A program made the position numbers and the translations under genes. The notes beneath the pieces are model-generated. The model had not been told where the DNA came from and did no database searches. It was given only the letters and a program-made list of their open reading frames with translations. A DNA stretch of 62,296 nt from UHGV virus genome UHGV-1379142; one strand, given 5' to 3'. Each line of letters opens with the position of its first letter. Within the stretch, counting starts at the first letter, position 1. Shown piece after piece: positions 56,837 through 62,296 of this stretch. The stretch is from a virus.

Positions 56837-58414
56837 GTGCGTATGGGCTACACTTTTCAGGAGAGAGCTATGTCCATTGATCTGAATAAGCAATGGCCTG
56901 CTGTCACAAGTACTTACACTGGTATCAAGAGTGATGGAAGCAACACAAAGATTCCACAGATTCTTGATCTTTGTAGGCGTAACAAGATGCATCTCGCAAA
57001 GACGATGCACATCGAAGACACGTTGACTGTGGAACAAGAAATCACAGTTGATGTGAAGAAGAAGTTTAGTCATGTCCTTCAAGCTCTTTTGTCTACCATT
57101 CCGAAGGACAAGAACATTACCGAACAGGAATTGTTAAACAACAAGATTGAATCCGCTGCTGGTATGAAGGCCAGCAAACTTCTACTCAGGTGGGCTAAGG
57201 AAAACGATTCGTATATTACGAAGTGGTGCATGACTGTGATTTGTTCTGGCATGTACCGTAACCATTTGTACGAAGAACTTCCCAAGCTCCCTAACTACGC
57301 AGAGTATGTGAACGGTGACACGTTCAGGATCTATGACTTTTACTCTACGTTTATTCAGAACTTCTTCTCTGAATTGGCAGCAGTACAAAAGACCTTGTAC
57401 GGATTCAGTATTGAACCTGTACTTATGCTGCAAGCAGGAAGCAGTTCTACTTTCAAGTCCTGCTTTTCTGTGGGCCGATTCAACAGTAAGGGGCCTTTGA
57501 ACATTGCACTTAACCCATTCACTGGTGTTATCTATAACCGAACCGCCAACAATGTGACAGGTAGGGCTTGGGTTTTGTTTGACCAAGCTCTGCAAAAGTT
57601 TGTCATCATGAAGTCTTATGGTTTCATTGATGACGTAACTATTCATAAGGTTGGAAGCTGGTTGTGTGCTATGTTGGATAACAAAAGCCAATGGTCGTAC
57701 ACAACCGGATCTGAGAACGACATATACATTACTCTGGATTATACTCCAGGGGGTTGGTACATAGATCCGGTTAAGTTCTTCTACTTCTCAGAGAAGTCTG
57801 ATAAGGTCAGGAACATTGTTATCTCTGGGGCAGTAGATGCGCCGTGCATTATCTGCGGCAACAGCACAGGAGATAGTTCGACATTGATATGTCATGATTG
57901 CATGGAGAATGCTTTCGTTGTTTGCAAGAAGTGTGGTAAGACCATGCTTAAGAGCAAGGACATGCGGACATATCCTTTGTGTGATCATTGCATACAGAAG
58001 ACAACGACATGCCCTGTATGTGGAACTATTGTTCCTGAAGGAAAGGAATGCCCTAAGTGTGCATGGAATCATACGTGTTCTCTTTGTGGCAAGAAGCATC
58101 CTCGTCCCCTTAAGTGGATCAACGATGTGCCTGTATGTGAAACTTGCATAAGTTTGATGCATAAGGATACGTGTGAATGCTGCGGTAGTGTGGGTATGGT
58201 CTACCCGTACAACGGTCATGCTGTATGCAGTGCTTGCTACAGGCAGTTATCTTATTACACGAATCAGATAGTGTCGAGGACACAAACATACCTTGACTAC
58301 GACACTATCAAGAAGTTCGTGGAGGCAAACCCTGACTGCGGCTTAACAATTTCCACGAACCGAGACGAACATGAACCAGAAGGAGGTGGAGATGATGACG
58401 ACTACGATGATTGA
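56837..58414 (+). CDS. large early protein with C-terminal array of CxxC zinc-ribbon/treble-clef modules
   Basis: At least 7 CxxC pairs in the last ~170 aa (CIICGN ... CHDC ... CKKCGK ... CDHC ... CPVCG ... CPKC ... CSLCGK ... CETC ... CECCG ... CSAC). Confidence 0.5.
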   Translation: MRMGYTFQERAMSIDLNKQWPAVTSTYTGIKSDGSNTKIPQILDLCRRNKMHLAKTMHIEDTLTVEQEITVDVKKKFSHVLQALLSTIPKDKNITEQELLNNKIESAAGMKASKLLLRWAKENDSYITKWCMTVICSGMYRNHLYEELPKLPNYAEYVNGDTFRIYDFYSTFIQNFFSELAAVQKTLYGFSIEPVLMLQAGSSSTFKSCFSVGRFNSKGPLNIALNPFTGVIYNRTANNVTGRAWVLFDQALQKFVIMKSYGFIDDVTIHKVGSWLCAMLDNKSQWSYTTGSENDIYITLDYTPGGWYIDPVKFFYFSEKSDKVRNIVISGAVDAPCIICGNSTGDSSTLICHDCMENAFVVCKKCGKTMLKSKDMRTYPLCDHCIQKTTTCPVCGTIVPEGKECPKCAWNHTCSLCGKKHPRPLKWINDVPVCETCISLMHKDTCECCGSVGMVYPYNGHAVCSACYRQLSYYTNQIVSRTQTYLDYDTIKKFVEANPDCGLTISTNRDEHEPEGGGDDDDYDD

Positions 58415-59942
58415 TTCACTCAAGGCCGTCATCAGAATGACGGACAGAGAGCTGATTGAACATTTGATCAGCACATATTCGGCAGAGGGTTCGGGATATG
58501 AAGTCTACACAGACGATGAGAACTTTGTGTTCTGCATCCCGACAACAGAAAAGATTTGTCCTGTACTTTTACAGGCACACGTTGACACCAGAAGAAATGC
58601 CAAGGTAGACGAACCTCTTATCTTGTGTACTGAACATGGTGTCATCACAAATGCCAACGGTATTCTTGGTGGGGATGACCGTTGTGGTGTAGCAGGCATT
58701 ATGGAAATTGCTTCTCGTCATGAGAGCAAACCTTTCCTTCTCTTTACGAACTATGAAGAGACTGGTGGACTTGGAATGAAGAAGTTCCTTGACACCAAAT
58801 ATCTTGACAAGTATCTGGATGTCATCTATTGTGTCATCGCTCTTGACAGGCGAGGACATAATGAATATGTTTATTACAGCCCGAAGTTACCGGAAACTCT
58901 GGAGTATTATCTCAACAAGTTGGGGTACTACGAAGGCAACGGTTCGTATTCGGACTGCAAAGACATCTGGCTTCTGCATGATGTGGCGCACGTTAACTTG
59001 TCGTGTGGTTATGCACGACAGCATACGGCTGATGAGTTCGTGCTCGCTGAAAGCTACGTAAGTTCAGTGCTTCGAGCTGACAGATTCATGCAGATGATTG
59101 AAGAACCGTACCGTGTACCTGAACGTCTTGCATACAGATACACATATGGATACGGTGTTCCTGTAAACTTCCCCAAGGCTTACGAGAACAGCGGTCAAGG
59201 GACGGCAGCTCTCGATGTAACGGGTAGTGAAGACTTAAACTCTGATGACGGCCCTGAATATGTGCAAGGCACACACGTCCATTCTCCTGTTCACATGCCA
59301 CCTGAAGCGGTGTATGCTTACTCAGCAGCACCTAAATGTTTCGTGTGCGGCAGGGATGACAGGTCGATGGAGTACGATACCAAGAACAGTATCTTCCTGT
59401 GTGATGTTTGCAGAAGACAGATCATCAAGCACTTCGATTATGTCACGCAAGACAATGCGCTTGCTTACTATGGCATGCTTGAAGAGCAAAGAGAAAAGAG
59501 TCGAGAAGCAAACAGGAACTTAAACAAAGCTAAGCCTAAGATAAACTATCCAACATGCCCCGGTTGTGGAGACAACCACAATGTCACTTGGAGTAAGCAA
59601 GACATAGGCTTCGTATGTCTGTCTTGTTCTGAATATCCGCAAGACGGGTATGACGGTAGGTTCTGGGTACAACAAGGAACAAAAACATTCGTAAAGAATG
59701 TAGATGGAAAGGACGTAGTACTTACTACGAATATGGAAGGAACAAAGCTTCTGTCCAGCGAAGACCTGTCTACCAGCAGTAAGCTTCGCCTTTGCGCTGT
59801 ATGTAAGAAGCCACACCCTCTGTGCTCTTGCGAAACAGTAGGAGCAAGAAGGAAAACAAACAAGTACATATGTCCTTCGTGTAAGCGAGAAGCTACGGAA
59901 ACAATCCTTAACGACAACCTCCCTCCTTGGGATCTTGACTAG
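58392..59942 (+). CDS. large early protein: N-terminal M28/M20-like metallopeptidase-type domain plus C-terminal CxxC zinc ribbons
   Basis: HVDT ... ILGGDDRCGVAGIME resembles the H-x-D ... D-D metal-binding motifs of M28/M42 peptidases. C-terminal CFVCG ... CDVC, CPGCG ... CLSC, CAVCKK ... CSC, CPSCKRE. AGGAGG RBS before ATG 58392. Confidence 0.4.
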   Translation: MMTTTMIDSLKAVIRMTDRELIEHLISTYSAEGSGYEVYTDDENFVFCIPTTEKICPVLLQAHVDTRRNAKVDEPLILCTEHGVITNANGILGGDDRCGVAGIMEIASRHESKPFLLFTNYEETGGLGMKKFLDTKYLDKYLDVIYCVIALDRRGHNEYVYYSPKLPETLEYYLNKLGYYEGNGSYSDCKDIWLLHDVAHVNLSCGYARQHTADEFVLAESYVSSVLRADRFMQMIEEPYRVPERLAYRYTYGYGVPVNFPKAYENSGQGTAALDVTGSEDLNSDDGPEYVQGTHVHSPVHMPPEAVYAYSAAPKCFVCGRDDRSMEYDTKNSIFLCDVCRRQIIKHFDYVTQDNALAYYGMLEEQREKSREANRNLNKAKPKINYPTCPGCGDNHNVTWSKQDIGFVCLSCSEYPQDGYDGRFWVQQGTKTFVKNVDGKDVVLTTNMEGTKLLSSEDLSTSSKLRLCAVCKKPHPLCSCETVGARRKTNKYICPSCKREATETILNDNLPPWDLD

Positions 59943-59952
59943 GAGAATTACC

Positions 59953-60237
59953 ATGATCTTAGGTAAGAGACCGGAGATATGCAATCCTTCGTATCCCGGT
60001 TGTGAGTTAAAGCTTCCTCTGCTCACAGCTGAAGAACGTAAGCGCATTGAAAACATGCTCGACTATCCGAGTGAGTACACATCGGAAGAGTTTCGTATGG
60101 CGCTTGATCATGTGCTCGAACGCTGCACGAAAGCGGAAGCTTTCATCAGAGGCTTTCACGACTATTTCCTGCGCATGAAAGGCATATGGAAACGGTGGCT
60201 CCCGATTGTTCGGAAGTCTTTTGTCGTGTCCAAGTAA
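59953..60237 (+). CDS. hypothetical protein
   Basis: AGGAG RBS. Confidence 0.4.
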   Translation: MILGKRPEICNPSYPGCELKLPLLTAEERKRIENMLDYPSEYTSEEFRMALDHVLERCTKAEAFIRGFHDYFLRMKGIWKRWLPIVRKSFVVSK

Positions 60238-60255
60238 CCATAACTAGGAGTGCTT

Positions 60256-60594
60256 ATGCGTAATCGTATCAAGCAGTTCTTTGGCTGGCTCATTCAGGGA
60301 ATTAAAACACTCTGGCAGATCGGTTGGAAGAAGATCATGGACTTCGTTACGAACATAGAAAAAGCTAACGAGGTACTTGACAAACTTGAAAGAAATGATT
60401 ATGTGATCGTCCCTGAAAAGATGTCAAGGTCCAAGAAGATCTTTGCTTTCATTACTGGAGCTGGTCACAGCTTCTTTAGCAGATTCACGAAGACTGCTAC
60501 AAAGAAAGGAGAGATCTTAGACATCCATGTTCCTAAGAACTGGATGCGGGGTAAGAGAAGACGGTTAAGCGCCGAAGAACCCCTTGTTCTGTAG
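60256..60594 (+). CDS. hypothetical basic protein
   Basis: TAGGAG RBS before ATG 60256. Confidence 0.4.
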   Translation: MRNRIKQFFGWLIQGIKTLWQIGWKKIMDFVTNIEKANEVLDKLERNDYVIVPEKMSRSKKIFAFITGAGHSFFSRFTKTATKKGEILDIHVPKNWMRGKRRRLSAEEPLVL

Positions 60595-60775
60595 AAGCGA
60601 TTCTAAGCCTCGTTTACTATGAAGATGAACTATGAGTCATCTTTTAAATAAACGTGTCTTAAAATCAATCCTCGTGCGTTTAAACGGTATATCCACATTA
60701 ACTGGAGGATGTACAATGTAATGATACAGACAACACAGCTGTTGTTACATGCGTACTGAGTGTCTCTTGACGTAA

Positions 60776-60832
60776 AGACAAGACATGAACTTTGACTTAG
60801 AGGTCTTGATGTATCAGCTTGTAATCATAACA
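60776..60832 (+). promoter_or_regulatory. possible promoter P9 upstream of primase (ctcTTGACG ...; -10 unclear)
   Basis: tgtctcTTGACGtaaag; weak -10 candidates only. Confidence 0.2.
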
Positions 60833-60846
60833 GAGATACAAAAGGT

Positions 60847-61755
60847 ATGCGTGTTAGTCGAGAGGAACTAGAGAAGTTTCTTAATCTCAATGCACCGATG
60901 GACGTGGCAATACGACAGCCGTACTGTCCTTTCTGTGAACAACATAGAAAGCAAGACAGCGCACACTGTTTTGTTGTTACACGTAGACGAAATGGATTCA
61001 GTATGTGGTGCCATCGGTGTCACACTAAATACTGGATCCCAATTAAAAGTCCGTCATCGTCGGCGATCTTAAATGAATTGCACAAACGAGCAGCGGACAC
61101 CAAACAATCTGCCAGTGTCGTAACGAGGAAAGTCACTCTCCCGTCAGATTTTACAACTGACATTCCTGCGTCGGGTTTGCTGTGGTTACGTACCTATGGA
61201 GTCGGTGAAGACGAGATACGTAAGTATCGTTTTGGGTACAGCCCCAGACTAGATAGGTTAATCCTTCCCGTGTTCCGGGATGGAGAGCTGGTCTTTTGGC
61301 AGGGCCGCAACCTCTCCTCAGACACAACCAGACCTAAGTACATGAACGTGAGATCACAAAGGTCGGACATCGTTCTGTTTGTAAATAACCATACATCGAA
61401 GGTCGTACTCGTCGAGGATATTCTTTCATGCCTCGCAGTAGCTAGGGCCGGTGTGAGTGCCGTTGCTCTACTTGGAAGCTATGTGAAGATGGATCTTTTA
61501 CGTGATGTGCTGGTGGATACTGATATAGAGTGTATAAAGGTCTGGCTTGATCCTGACAAGAGGCAAGAAGCATGTAAGTATGCTAAGCAGTTAAGGGCTC
61601 TCGGTTATAGTGCAAGTCCAGTTATACTAGCCGAGCAAGATCCTAAGACGTACAAACCTTTAGAAGTCTTGCACTTCATTGGAGGTGCAATATGTTTGGA
61701 TTCGGCAAAAGAAAGGTCGAAGGACCTACTTGGAGAGACGTCTCCATCGCCGTGA
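60847..61755 (+). CDS. DnaG-like DNA primase (CHC2 zinc finger + TOPRIM)
   Basis: N-terminal CPFCEQH ... HCF ... CHRCH zinc-binding motif; TOPRIM-like VVLVEDILSCLAVARAG ... VWLDPDKRQEA. Confidence 0.6.
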   Translation: MRVSREELEKFLNLNAPMDVAIRQPYCPFCEQHRKQDSAHCFVVTRRRNGFSMWCHRCHTKYWIPIKSPSSSAILNELHKRAADTKQSASVVTRKVTLPSDFTTDIPASGLLWLRTYGVGEDEIRKYRFGYSPRLDRLILPVFRDGELVFWQGRNLSSDTTRPKYMNVRSQRSDIVLFVNNHTSKVVLVEDILSCLAVARAGVSAVALLGSYVKMDLLRDVLVDTDIECIKVWLDPDKRQEACKYAKQLRALGYSASPVILAEQDPKTYKPLEVLHFIGGAICLDSAKERSKDLLGETSPSP

Positions 61756-61889
61756 CGATTGGAAAGAAAACCATGAGCGTCTTTGAAACGCTTCGGAAGT
61801 TGTTCTGGAATGTAGTCAACATCATCAGCAATGCACGGGCTATCTGGAGAACACTGTGCAAAGCAGTACAGGAGGCTTGTCATGCTTAA
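61692..61889 (+). CDS. small ORF overlapping primase 3' end, with strong GGAGGTG RBS
   Basis: ttGGAGGTGcaat-ATG; 65 aa; different frame from primase. Confidence 0.25.
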   Translation: MFGFGKRKVEGPTWRDVSIAVTIGKKTMSVFETLRKLFWNVVNIISNARAIWRTLCKAVQEACHA

Positions 61890-62169
61890 CTTCAACTCGA
61901 TCAAAACGATTGGCAAGAGCATGTCTTCTCTTTCTGGGTATGATCACCACAGGAACATCATGCGGAAGCGCAGCAGCTTGAATGACGGATATGACTTGCA
62001 ACATCTGTACTGCAACAAGTGCGGTGTCATGTATGCCAAGTGTGACTCTGATGTTGTGTGCCCTAAGTGCGGAACGCCGAATGGCTACTATGTTTCGTGC
62101 AACAAGGCTATCAGCATCATCAACGAGATCCGTCTTCTGACCATTCCACAGTACGCGATGGCCGCCTAA
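61885..62169 (+). CDS. zinc-ribbon protein
   Basis: GGAGG RBS before ATG 61885; CNKCG ... CPKCG. Confidence 0.4.
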   Translation, partial: LNFNSIKTIGKSMSSLSGYDHHRNIMRKRSSLNDGYDLQHLYCNKCGVMYAKCDSDVVCPKCGTPNGYYVSCNKAISIINEIRLLTIPQYAMAA

Positions 62170-62190
62170 ACTTTATAGGGTACAGGGTCT

Positions 62191-62218
62191 TGACAACGAA
62201 GTATTCGTGCTTATACCT
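62191..62218 (+). promoter_or_regulatory. Promoter P10 (TTGACA-16-TATACC) directing transcription across the window end into the left inverted repeat (if circular)
   Basis: gggtcTTGACAacgaagtattcgtgctTATACC. Confidence 0.4.
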
Positions 62219-62296
62219 ATAGTTACTATAGGTTACTTAGAAAATAACTTATTTAGTTAAGTTTATTAACTTAGTAACTTCTTAGATTTTAACTAA

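Overview
The window reads as a near-complete, possibly circularly permuted, genome of a tailed dsDNA phage of about 62 kb. It is AT-rich (~42% GC) and carries about ten sigma70-type early promoters sharing the core cCTCTTGACAAa, which argues against a Bacteroidetes host and for a proteobacterial or enterobacterial one.

Layout:
- **Early block (47.8-62.2 kb, + strand):** small early proteins, two Zn-ribbon-rich large proteins and a DnaG-like primase.
- **Replication and nucleotide-metabolism block (0.2-16.5 kb, + strand):** DnaB-like helicase, family-A DNA polymerase interrupted by a group I intron carrying an HNH endonuclease, a Cas4/RecB-like nuclease, ATP-dependent DNA ligase, peptidase M15, DHH phosphoesterase and ThyX, plus two free-standing HNH endonucleases.
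- **Late block (44.6 down to 16.6 kb, - strand):** TerS-TerL-portal-scaffold-major capsid protein, head/tail proteins, a high-GC lambda Stf/Tfa-like tail fibre cassette, Gln/Ala/Gly-rich internal-virion-like proteins, a 2330-aa giant protein with a zincin HExxH motif, and a holin-like membrane protein.

Non-coding highlights:
- A ~120-bp near-perfect inverted repeat (1-120 and 45625-45743) is built from internal iterons.
- A 2-kb ORF-free control region (45.7-47.8 kb) holds tandem promoters, GTAC palindromes and hairpins.
- A promoter-to-terminator sRNA candidate sits at ~16.0-16.2 kb.
- A 16-bp perfect inverted-repeat element sits at ~56.1 kb.

No tRNA, rRNA, CRISPR array, integrase or recombinase was recognised by eye. 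The "complete circular genome" reading is an inference from primase (window end) to helicase (window start) adjacency and from motif continuity across the window ends.
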